Shown in pieces: positions 19,993 through 28,803 of a DNA stretch of 64,000 bases; position 1 is the first letter of the stretch; each line of letters begins with the position of its first letter. A program made the position numbers and the translations under genes. The stretch is from Clostridiales bacterium (GTDB taxonomy: Bacteria > Bacillota > Clostridia > Christensenellales > UBA1242), in assembly GCA_015055515.1 (NCBI GenBank), contig SVIC01000001.1:91327-155326 (forward strand), read 5' to 3'. Under the pieces are notes generated by a model, which was not told where the DNA came from, searched no databases, and saw nothing but the letters and a program-made list of their open reading frames with translations.

Positions 19993-21462
19993 GTGAGTGT
20001 AATGAAGTTATCAAAAATCATACAAGGATTGAAGTGTAAATCAATACAAAATTTTCAAGATTATAATATTGAATGCTTGTCGCATTATTCCAAAGATGTG
20101 GTAGCCGGATCTGTATTTTTTTGCATAAATGGTGGTAATGAAAATGGTGCAAAATATATAGAAGAAGCAATAAAAAATGGCGCAGTTGTGTTGGTTGTAG
20201 AAGACAATGTTTCAATAGAAAATATATGTGTTATATGTGTAGATAATGTAAGGGTTGCAATGAGTATAATTGCGAAAAATTTTTATGGTAAATGTGATGA
20301 AAAATTGCAAAAAATTGCAGTTGTTGGAACTAATGGAAAAACCACCACATCACATATAATTGCCAGCATATTAAAAGAAAATGACAAAAAGGTTGGAGTA
20401 ATTGGCACAAATGGTATATATATAGGTAATGAAAGGTTGCCATCCAGTTTCACTACGCCCGATCCAATAGAGTTGCATTATACGTTTTCTCAAATGGTTT
20501 CTTTTGGTGTGGAAATTGTTGTAATGGAAGTATCTGCTCATGCTATTTATTATGATAAAATTTATGGCATTTTCTTCGATGTGGGAGTGTTTACTAATAT
20601 ATCTAATGAGCATCTAGATTTCTTTCATGATATGGATAATTATTCGCGAGTAAAGATGTCTATATTTAACAAAAAATATATGAAAGAATTTGTGGTAAAT
20701 ACTGATGATGAGTATGGAATAAAATTGGCAAAGTCGTCCACTATTCCTGCGGTTAGTTATGGTATAAATAATCCTTGTAATGTCTTTGCTGTAAATATCA
20801 AAATGTCTATTAATGGTAGTGATTTTTATGTCAATGTGAATGATGATATTATTCATATAAAAACACATCTTTTGGGCGAATATAATGTATACAATATTCT
20901 TGCCTCAATATCGGTTGCAAAGTTGCTAGGAGTATCTAATGCAGTCATTGAAAAAGGGTTAAAGAATTTACCACAAATTGATGGTAGATTTATGGTGTAT
21001 AAGACTAGTCAAAATAAGAGAATTATAATAGACTTTGCGCATACTCCTGATGGCTTTGAAAAGGTGTTAGGATTGGTTAAAAAATTGCGAAAAGGCAAGT
21101 TGACTGTTCTATTTGGCTGTGTAGGATATAGTGATGCAGTTAAGCGAACATTAATGGGAAAAATTGCTAGTGAATATGCAGATAAATTAGTTGTTACAAC
21201 TGATAACATAGGCAATGCAGATTTTGATCAAGTATATTCCGATATCGTGCTAGGTGTTGATGGTGGTGTAGAAGTTATAAAAGAATACGATAGGGCAAAA
21301 GCTATCGCCGATGCATATAAAGCAATGACTAATAATGAGACTTTGGTTTTGCTGGGTAAGGGTACAGAAGATAAGCAAGTTATAAAAAATGAGTGTGTTC
21401 CGTATAGTGATGTGCTAGTCGTAGAGGGGTTGCTTGGAGGTAATAATGCAAATATTACTTAG
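19993..21462 (+). CDS. murE: UDP-MurNAc-L-Ala-D-Glu:diamino-acid ligase (MurE-type Mur ligase)
   Basis: VGTNGKTTT P-loop and Mur ligase middle and C-terminal domains, positioned before mraY. The DNPR position reads DNIG (see findings). Confidence 0.75.
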   Translation: MSVMKLSKIIQGLKCKSIQNFQDYNIECLSHYSKDVVAGSVFFCINGGNENGAKYIEEAIKNGAVVLVVEDNVSIENICVICVDNVRVAMSIIAKNFYGKCDEKLQKIAVVGTNGKTTTSHIIASILKENDKKVGVIGTNGIYIGNERLPSSFTTPDPIELHYTFSQMVSFGVEIVVMEVSAHAIYYDKIYGIFFDVGVFTNISNEHLDFFHDMDNYSRVKMSIFNKKYMKEFVVNTDDEYGIKLAKSSTIPAVSYGINNPCNVFAVNIKMSINGSDFYVNVNDDIIHIKTHLLGEYNVYNILASISVAKLLGVSNAVIEKGLKNLPQIDGRFMVYKTSQNKRIIIDFAHTPDGFEKVLGLVKKLRKGKLTVLFGCVGYSDAVKRTLMGKIASEYADKLVVTTDNIGNADFDQVYSDIVLGVDGGVEVIKEYDRAKAIADAYKAMTNNETLVLLGKGTEDKQVIKNECVPYSDVLVVEGLLGGNNANIT

Positions 21463-22447
21463 TTATATTTGTGGCACTGTGGTGGCACTAATTATATCTC
21501 CTATTATATTCAAGATACTGAGAAGAATGAAGACGGGTCAGAACATTCTAGAGTATGTGGATAATCATATGCAAAAGCAAGGAACGCTATCCATGGGTGG
21601 TCTTATATTCATTGTTGCAGTATTTATTTCATTTGCTTTCTTTGTAAATAGTAGTATGCTTGCAAGTCTGGTTATTATAATTACAGCTAGTTACGGTCTG
21701 CTTGGTTTTCTAGATGATTATCTTAAGGTAAAGGGAAAGCACAACGAAGGATTGAAGCCTTATCAGAAGATAATAGGGCAGGTGGGTATCGCTAGCATTG
21801 TGGGTGTATTTATTTATAATTTTGGTATGCTTGGAGGCGGTGTTAATATCCCATATTTTGATATAAGTATTAACATTGCATTTTGGATTATCCCGTTTGT
21901 GATAATATTCTTCATTGCTGTGACCAATAGTGTTAATCTTACAGATGGATTAGATGGACTTGCTGGTAGTGTATCATTAATCGTTGTTATTACTCTGGCT
22001 GTTGTTGCGTATGTGAAGTATATTACGTTTGGACAAGCATCAGGTGTCACGGGTCTTAATGAAGAGTACCTCAATATTGCTATCTTGTGTATGTGTATGG
22101 CGGGTGCGATATCTGTGTTTTTGCTATTTAATAGATTTCCAGCGAAAATTTTTATGGGAGATACGGGATCTTTAGCGTTAGGTGGCTTTATTGCTAGTGT
22201 ATCTGCTTTTTTGCAAGAATACTTATTGATTTTGGTTATAGGCATAGTGTTTGTTCTCTCTGCGGTAAGTGATATTATCCAAGTAGGGTATTACAAGATG
22301 ACGAAGAGAAGAGTTTTCTTAATGGCACCTTTTCATCATCATCTAGAGAGGAAGGGTATGCATGAGAACAGAGTGGTAGGTCTGTATATTTTTATTACAT
22401 TGTTTTTATGTATAATTACAATATTAATATACTTACAAAGATTGTAA
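21446..22447 (+). CDS. mraY: phospho-N-acetylmuramoyl-pentapeptide transferase
   Basis: Motifs NLTDGLDGLA, MGDTGSLALGG and APFHHHLE. ATG 21446 follows GGAGG; the track start is 21434. Confidence 0.9.
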   Translation: MQILLSYICGTVVALIISPIIFKILRRMKTGQNILEYVDNHMQKQGTLSMGGLIFIVAVFISFAFFVNSSMLASLVIIITASYGLLGFLDDYLKVKGKHNEGLKPYQKIIGQVGIASIVGVFIYNFGMLGGGVNIPYFDISINIAFWIIPFVIIFFIAVTNSVNLTDGLDGLAGSVSLIVVITLAVVAYVKYITFGQASGVTGLNEEYLNIAILCMCMAGAISVFLLFNRFPAKIFMGDTGSLALGGFIASVSAFLQEYLLILVIGIVFVLSAVSDIIQVGYYKMTKRRVFLMAPFHHHLERKGMHENRVVGLYIFITLFLCIITILIYLQRL

Positions 22448-22542
22448 TAATGCACATATGTTTGCTGTAAATTTAATCATATATATTGCCTTGTCTTAAT
22501 ATATTAGTTAATAAAGACTTGTATTAAGAGGAGGCATTTTTT

Positions 22543-23862
22543 ATGGAGTTTGGATATAAGAATGTACTTATTTGGGGATATGGTATTAGTGGTAGAGCGG
22601 TAGAGAAGGTGCTTATTGATCTAGATGTAGATTATACCATAATGGATGAGGGGATAAGAGTAGATGGAGGTGGTTTTATTAGCAAAGTAACTAAGAAGAA
22701 TATTGCTGATTATGACCTCATTGTGATTTCTCCAGGAGTGAGTGGTGATAGAAAGGAACTAGAATATGCCAGGTCTATTGGTATTAGAGTTGTTACCGAA
22801 GTGGAGTTTGGGTATATGTTCCTTAGTTCAAAGACAAAAGTAATAGCGGTAACAGGTACCAATGGTAAGACAACTACCGTCAATCTTATATACCATATTT
22901 TGCATAGTGCTGGTTATAGCGTTGCGGAGCTAGGTAATATTGGTAAACCTATGACAGAAGTATATGGCGAGAATTATGACTATGTTGTGGTGGAACTTAG
23001 TTCCTTTCAGTTGCAATATGTAGAAGATTTTCACGCTAATATTGCTATACTTCTTAATGTGGCACCCGACCATATAGATAGACACAAGACTTTTGAAAAT
23101 TATCTAAATGCGAAGTTGAATATATTCTGTAATCAAACAAAGAAAGATTACATGTTGTCTAATGTAGATGATGAAATATTTAATGACATTGATGCTTGTG
23201 CAAGAACTGTTACATACTCTTTTTCTCAGTCAAAGGCAAGGTATACTATAAATAATGGTATAATCATGAAAGGAAAAGAGGAGTATGTCGATCTAAAGAA
23301 GATGAGTATTGCACCAGTCTTTTACCAAGATGTGATGTGTGCTGTTATAGTAGCAGATATTATAAAAGTGGATTTGTCTAAGATAATAGAGGGTGTGCAG
23401 TCATACACATTTTTGCCACATAGGTGTGAGTATGTAACAACACTTAATGATGTAGATTACTATAACGATAGCAAGGCGACAAATATTCATGCTACGCAGA
23501 AGTGCATAAAGTGCCTAAATTATGAGCGAATTACGATACTTATTGGTGGCAAAAATAAGTCACTTGATCTTAAAGAAATGATCTTGAATATGGACAAAAA
23601 AGTTCATAGGATAATAGCATTTGGTGAATGTTCAAGGCAAATTTATTCTAGTAAGAAATTGAGGCCAGATGTTGAGTTCTTTAGATATAGAACACTTAGT
23701 GATGCGATGGTAAATATTAGCAAATGGAATACTGACACAGATTGTGTTGTGCTATCTCCTGCATGTGCTAGTTTTGATGAATTTACTTCCTATATTGCAA
23801 GGGGAGAATATTTTAGGTCAGAGATAGGAAAATTGGTTAATGAGAAACAAGTCAAAGGTTAA
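22543..23862 (+). CDS. murD: UDP-MurNAc-L-Ala:D-Glu ligase
   Basis: N-terminal GYGISG Rossmann motif and a GTNGKTTT P-loop, with dcw synteny. Confidence 0.85.
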   Translation: MEFGYKNVLIWGYGISGRAVEKVLIDLDVDYTIMDEGIRVDGGGFISKVTKKNIADYDLIVISPGVSGDRKELEYARSIGIRVVTEVEFGYMFLSSKTKVIAVTGTNGKTTTVNLIYHILHSAGYSVAELGNIGKPMTEVYGENYDYVVVELSSFQLQYVEDFHANIAILLNVAPDHIDRHKTFENYLNAKLNIFCNQTKKDYMLSNVDDEIFNDIDACARTVTYSFSQSKARYTINNGIIMKGKEEYVDLKKMSIAPVFYQDVMCAVIVADIIKVDLSKIIEGVQSYTFLPHRCEYVTTLNDVDYYNDSKATNIHATQKCIKCLNYERITILIGGKNKSLDLKEMILNMDKKVHRIIAFGECSRQIYSSKKLRPDVEFFRYRTLSDAMVNISKWNTDTDCVVLSPACASFDEFTSYIARGEYFRSEIGKLVNEKQVKG

Positions 23863-25006
23863 AGAAAGTACTATAAGACCAAACATATTGGATTATAGAT
23901 TTATATTAATATCTTTAGTCATTGTGTTGTGTGTAATTGGTATTATATTTATATACTCTGCTAGTAATTATTCTGCAAATGTACTTTATGGCGACAGTAT
24001 GTATTTTGTAACAAAGCAGATTGTTGGTTTTGTTATAGGTTTGGCACTCATGATGTTAGTTTCTAGGTTTAATTACCATAATTTTGCTAGAATGCATATA
24101 ATTATAGTTGTTGTATCGGTGGTAATGCTAGTATTAGTATTTGTGCCGTTTATTGGCATGAGTGCTAATGGTGCAAATAGGTGGATAGGATTTGGTCCTA
24201 TATCTATTCAGTCTAGCGAGGTGGCAAAGTTCGGCTTTGTAATATTTGCCAGTGTGTATATGGCGAAGAATTATCAGAAGATGTACACATTCAATGGGAT
24301 GTTGCCCGTACTGTTAATTGGTGGGATGATGTGTTTGCTTGTACTAATGGAGCCTAATCTAAGTGTTACTATATGTCTTGGCCTAGTAATGCTATCCATG
24401 CTGTATATAGGTGGGGTGAGGAAGAAATATTTTGTTATATTGCTTTGCCTTGCGTTACTGCTAGTCCCAGTACTAATAATAATTGAGCCATATAGACTTT
24501 TTAGATTGTTTGCCTTTATCAATCCGTGGGCAAATCCACAAGGCGAGGGGTTTCAATTAATACAATCGCTGTATTCATTGGGTGCTGGTGGGTTGTTTGG
24601 TGTAGGGCTGTTTAACTCTATGCAAAAATATCTATTCTTACCTTTTGCAGAGAGTGATTTTATTCTGGCTATAATAGGCGAAGAAACCGGTCTTGTAGGC
24701 GTAATATTACTATTTGCGATATACCTAATTGTTATATCCATTGGCTACAAGATTGCACTTAATGCAAAGGATAGATTAGGAACTCTTCTAGCATTTGGCA
24801 TTACCACACTTCTAGCATTTCAGACACTAATTAATGTAGCGGTGGTTACAGGCTCAATACCGCCAACTGGAATACCTCTACCATTCATCTCAGCAGGGGG
24901 TAGTGGACTAATTGTATTCATGTGTGCAATAGGAATTTTATTAAATATTGCAAAGAATAGTAAAAGCGGAGAGTTTAAGGATTTTAGATTGAAGGGTGTT
25001 GTATAG
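23840..25006 (+). CDS. ftsW: SEDS-family peptidoglycan polymerase FtsW/SpoVE
   Basis: 10 TM; FGPISIQSSEVAKF, AESDFILAIIGEETG and PLPFISAGGSG motifs; follows murD. Confidence 0.85.
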   Translation: MRNKSKVKESTIRPNILDYRFILISLVIVLCVIGIIFIYSASNYSANVLYGDSMYFVTKQIVGFVIGLALMMLVSRFNYHNFARMHIIIVVVSVVMLVLVFVPFIGMSANGANRWIGFGPISIQSSEVAKFGFVIFASVYMAKNYQKMYTFNGMLPVLLIGGMMCLLVLMEPNLSVTICLGLVMLSMLYIGGVRKKYFVILLCLALLLVPVLIIIEPYRLFRLFAFINPWANPQGEGFQLIQSLYSLGAGGLFGVGLFNSMQKYLFLPFAESDFILAIIGEETGLVGVILLFAIYLIVISIGYKIALNAKDRLGTLLAFGITTLLAFQTLINVAVVTGSIPPTGIPLPFISAGGSGLIVFMCAIGILLNIAKNSKSGEFKDFRLKGVV

Positions 25007-25015
25007 TAAATTTTG

Positions 25016-25050
25016 AAAATGTACGTATTTATTACGTACATTTTCTTTTT
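25016..25050 (+). terminator. rho-independent terminator after ftsW
   Basis: AAAATGTACGTA-loop-TACGTACATTTT followed by a T-rich run. Confidence 0.6.
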
Positions 25051-25168
25051 TATGTTTTTGTATGTGGGAGAATAAGACAGGATTGCGTTTATTTCAAATA
25101 TTATTTGATTTGTTTATTTCAATTTGATATATTATACTGTAAATATAATGAAGTTGTAGGATATTGTT

Positions 25169-25732
25169 ATGCAAAATATAATAATTGGTGGCTCTGTTAG
25201 GTCGGGCAAGACAACGTTAGGGAATATAATTGCAAGAAAATTGTCTTGCTCTAAGGTGGAGAGTGATAGCATTGTTAGTGCTTTTGACAAGGTTTTTCCT
25301 AACTTGGGGATACAACACAAAGATTTGAATAAGGCTAGAAAAAATTACGAGCCTTTTTTGTTTGAATTTCTTAAGGGGTTAAATAAGGATTTGAAATATT
25401 GTGGTAATAGGACTGTTTTTGTTGGCTCTCAATTTCTGCCAGAAAATATTAACAAATTTGAACAGCGAGACAAATATATTATTATATTTTTAGGAATAAA
25501 TGCACCATCTGCAAATGCGTTGTTGAAAAAAATTAGAGAAAATGATACTACAAATGATTGGACGCATAAGAGAGATGATGAATGGATGTTAAGATGTTGT
25601 CAAGAGATAATAAACGATAGTGAAATTATAAAAAAACAATGTGAAAAATTTGGATATTATTATTTTGATACTTTTAATAATAGAGAAGATGTATTGTCTA
25701 AAATATTGCAATTAATACAAAAAGAGATTTAA
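25169..25732 (+). CDS. P-loop NTPase/kinase-like protein
   Basis: Walker A motif GGSVRSGKTT at the N-terminus. 187 aa, with a small nucleoside/nucleotide-kinase-like architecture. Confidence 0.5.
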   Translation: MQNIIIGGSVRSGKTTLGNIIARKLSCSKVESDSIVSAFDKVFPNLGIQHKDLNKARKNYEPFLFEFLKGLNKDLKYCGNRTVFVGSQFLPENINKFEQRDKYIIIFLGINAPSANALLKKIRENDTTNDWTHKRDDEWMLRCCQEIINDSEIIKKQCEKFGYYYFDTFNNREDVLSKILQLIQKEI

Positions 25733-25844
25733 ATTATATATTATATTAAAATGCCATTTTAATATAAAGTTAATGATGTTGATTTGTATTCACAATAGCG
25801 AAAAATAAATAATTTTCGATATAAAATAATGGAGTTTATGGTAG

Positions 25845-26285
25845 ATGAAAAGAATTAGCACAAGGGGAATTATATTTATTGATGATGCTATAGCATTGAT
25901 TTATCGCGAGAAAAACGGACAACAGTATTACACATTGCCGGGTGGTGGATTAGAAGAAGATGAGTTGTTGACGGATGGCGTAGCAAGAGAAATTTTTGAA
26001 GAGTTTGGAATAAATGCAAAAGCAAAAAAATTGTCATATGTGTATTCAGATGAAAATAGTATTGCGTATTATTTTTTATGTGATTATGTGGACGGCGATT
26101 TTGGAACGGGTCAAGGAGAAGAATATTCTCCAGAAAGGAACTCTGGTTTTTATGAGCCTAGATTGATTAAAATAGAAGACATAAAGAATATTTCACTAAA
26201 GCCTGACAAGTTGAAAGAAATGTTAATCGAAGATATTCTGCTACATAATAAATCACTTAGTGACTGTATAAAATTTTTTAATTAA
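25845..26285 (+). CDS. NUDIX hydrolase
   Basis: Complete Nudix box GGLEEDELLTDGVAREIFEEFGI (Gx5Ex7REUxEExGU). Confidence 0.8.
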   Translation: MKRISTRGIIFIDDAIALIYREKNGQQYYTLPGGGLEEDELLTDGVAREIFEEFGINAKAKKLSYVYSDENSIAYYFLCDYVDGDFGTGQGEEYSPERNSGFYEPRLIKIEDIKNISLKPDKLKEMLIEDILLHNKSLSDCIKFFN

Positions 26286-26313
26286 TTTTATAATACAATA
26301 ATTGATGTTAAGA

Positions 26314-26466
26314 GGTAGTATTCCACCAACGGGAATCCCTCTACCATTCATCTCTGCAGGAGGTAGTGGACTAATAGTTTTCCTATCTGCAATAGGAATT
26401 TTATTAAATATTGCAATGAATAGTGATAATACTAATTTTAGGGATTTTAGGCTAAATGGTGTATAA
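26314..26466 (+). pseudogene. orphan duplicate of the ftsW 3' end (last ~50 codons)
   Basis: Translates in frame to GSIPPTGIPLPFISAGGSGLIVFLSAIGILLNIAMNSDNTNFRDFRLNGV*. The ftsW C-terminus reads GSIPPTGIPLPFISAGGSGLIVFMCAIGILLNIAKNSKSGEFKDFRLKGVV*. There is no start codon, RBS or upstream ftsW sequence. Confidence 0.85.
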
Positions 26467-26468
26467 AA

Positions 26469-26526
26469 AATGAATTATCTGTGAAGTGACCCCAACGGGG
26501 TTCACTTCACAGATAATTCATTTTTT
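26469..26526. terminator. very strong bidirectional terminator
   Basis: A stem of about 24 bp, AATGAATTATCTGTGAAGTGACCCC / GGGGTTCACTTCACAGATAATTCATT, flanked by an A-run and a T-run. Confidence 0.8.
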
Positions 26527-26560
26527 GTATTTTAGTTAATAATATATTTAACAAATTCAA

Positions 26561-26764
26561 TTATAACTCAGTAAGTAGTAACTCATCTATAGAAATATTG
26601 AAGTAATTAGCAACTATAATAATATTTGTTGCAGTTGGCTCGTATTTTCCATTTTCCCAAAAAGATATCATGCCATTGCTTACATGTAGTGCTTTGGCAA
26701 GTTCGGGTTGTGTTAAATTTTTTTCTTTTCGTAACGTTTTTATGTTTTCTGCAAAGTAATTCAT
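26561..26764 (-). CDS. XRE-family helix-turn-helix transcriptional regulator
   Basis: 67 aa. IKTLRKEKNLTQPELAKALHVSNGMISFWENGKYEP is the classic Cro/C1 HTH pattern. Confidence 0.8.
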   Translation of the reverse strand: MNYFAENIKTLRKEKNLTQPELAKALHVSNGMISFWENGKYEPTATNIIIVANYFNISIDELLLTEL

Positions 26765-26768
26765 ATTC

Positions 26769-26827
26769 TTAGTATACTAAAATGTATAAAAAATTATTTG
26801 ACATCTTAGCATACTAAGATATATAAT
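26769..26827. promoter_or_regulatory. divergent control region: two palindromic operators plus promoter of lipoprotein gene
   Basis: Perfect palindrome TTAGTATACTAA (26769-26780). A near-palindrome CTTAGCATACTAAG (26805-26818) lies exactly between TTGACA (26798-26803) and TATAAT (26822-26827). Confidence 0.55.
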
Positions 26828-26858
26828 GATAACATATAAAAAATAAAAGGAGAAAATA

Positions 26859-27782
26859 ATGAAAAAAGGAAGATTTAAGAAATTTTTGGCAGGTACTGCT
26901 ATGGGACTATGTGCACTGGCAATGCCTTTCGGACTGACTGGGTGTAATAAAGATGATGATGAGAAAAATTTTGATCCATACATATCTGTATTTGGGATAG
27001 ATACAGAGTATGTATTAAATGAGGAATTGGATTTGTCTGGTGCTGTATTAAAATATTACAAAGATAAAGATACTGATCAATCTGATATTGTTACCAAAGA
27101 AATGGTTACATGGCAAGGAACAGATTGTGTGGGTGAGTATACTATGCACGTTGTTTATAACGGAGAGAGTGTAGCTATAAAATATAATGTGTATGATGCT
27201 GATTCGATCATTCAACTAGTAAAAGAGACTACTAATTCAAAGACAGAGATTCAAGTAGATCAAGTAATAAATGGCAGTGGCGTGGATTATGCTATATATA
27301 AGACAAATTCTGAATATTATTATGACAACACAGACGGTGGAACCAGTGAGACCGATTATGTAAGGCAATCATGGTATGTAATAGAAGATAATCAAAAATT
27401 TGAATATTCTTACCATACAGAAAATGGTTTTGTTACATATAAGGAAAAATATCAGTTGGATAACGATGATAAAATAGGTGTTCAAAATGTTGCTACTTTG
27501 TTAGAGTCCTATTCCGACAGTGTTAAGACTTTACAAAAGAATGGAGATGGATCTTTTACTTTGTCTTGTGTGGAAATGTATGAAGATTCATATGGAAAAA
27601 GAATTTATAGTGATATATTTGTTATCAAGAATGGTTTAATAATTTCAGAAAAAAATACTACGACATATTTAAATAATGGCATTGTGAGCGAATACTATGA
27701 AACTGAAAGTCTGTACAAGTACGATAACGTATCAATAATTCCTGCAATTCCTCAGAATGTTGACTGGCAATTGGGGGAATAA
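26859..27782 (+). CDS. lipoprotein, unknown function
   Basis: Signal peptide with the lipobox LTGC and an AAAGGAG RBS. Confidence 0.6.
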   Translation: MKKGRFKKFLAGTAMGLCALAMPFGLTGCNKDDDEKNFDPYISVFGIDTEYVLNEELDLSGAVLKYYKDKDTDQSDIVTKEMVTWQGTDCVGEYTMHVVYNGESVAIKYNVYDADSIIQLVKETTNSKTEIQVDQVINGSGVDYAIYKTNSEYYYDNTDGGTSETDYVRQSWYVIEDNQKFEYSYHTENGFVTYKEKYQLDNDDKIGVQNVATLLESYSDSVKTLQKNGDGSFTLSCVEMYEDSYGKRIYSDIFVIKNGLIISEKNTTTYLNNGIVSEYYETESLYKYDNVSIIPAIPQNVDWQLGE

Positions 27783-27944
27783 AATATTTTCTATTATTCA
27801 AAAAGTGAGTTACTATAATAGTTATTCACTTTTTTATTAATAAATTATATTAATAGTATAAATTGATTTACTTAAAATGGTTTAAAAAATGTATTTAATG
27901 TGGTATATTAATATCAATAATTAAATGGTTTTGGTGGGGTGAAT

Positions 27945-28661
27945 ATGAGAAAGAGGAAAGAATTTAATGGTTTTGCTCCATTAGAGCATTATTACAAGGT
28001 GTTTGGGAATCTAGATATCAAGAAAAATGAAGTATATGAGTATGATGGCGAAGATGTGAATATAGGAGATTTGGTTTCAAATATAAGAAGGAAGTACAAA
28101 GCTGGAAAATTGACAGATGATGAGATAGAATATCTGGAATTAATGGGAATGAATTGGAACGGAAAGGACCACTTCAAATCTATAAAAGAAAATCTTTTGC
28201 TATACTATAATACATATGGCACAATGGATGGACTTACTTCATATTCGGTTGTAAAGATAGGAAGGGGAAAAGACAAAAAAGTTATTGATGTAGGAAATAG
28301 CCTAAATCAATTAAGAGTGTTATATAGAGCGGGAGAGTTGTCTGTTGCGGAAGAATTGTTTGTGAAAAATTTAGGTGTAGATTTGTCGCCCAGAGATACA
28401 GAAACTGTATATGGTGCCTTGATAGATTATGCTAAGAAAAATGGTAGTATATCTGATATAAAGATGGGGGATGTATACGAATACAACGATAAGACTGTAA
28501 ATATAGGTAGGCAAATTAATCATTTAAGAACTAGGGCGAATAAGGGCGAGTTGGATGATGATGAGATTGCTTATTGGGATGGTCTTGGTATGGTATGGGA
28601 TGGTAGAGAGAAGATGCGTAAATCCTCAAAAATAGAGGTAAATGATGAGATGGAAAAGTAA
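27945..28661 (+). CDS. protein made of three helicase-associated (HA) domain repeats
   Basis: A module is repeated three times: Y/F..GN/T..I....Y..DG..VNIG..V.N.R..YK.GKL.DDEIEYLE.MGM.W. This matches the helicase-associated domain pattern. No helicase core is present. Confidence 0.55.
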   Translation: MRKRKEFNGFAPLEHYYKVFGNLDIKKNEVYEYDGEDVNIGDLVSNIRRKYKAGKLTDDEIEYLELMGMNWNGKDHFKSIKENLLLYYNTYGTMDGLTSYSVVKIGRGKDKKVIDVGNSLNQLRVLYRAGELSVAEELFVKNLGVDLSPRDTETVYGALIDYAKKNGSISDIKMGDVYEYNDKTVNIGRQINHLRTRANKGELDDDEIAYWDGLGMVWDGREKMRKSSKIEVNDEMEK

Positions 28662-28803
28662 ATGAGGGGAATAATTTCACACAAAGTTGAGTTCTGCCAT
28701 ATTATATAGTAGAGGGATATAGTGTATATAGTGTAGTATTATACTGTATATCACTTTGCACTCTACTTTTTTATGAAGCCTATTATATTTTAAGGAGGCT
28801 ATA

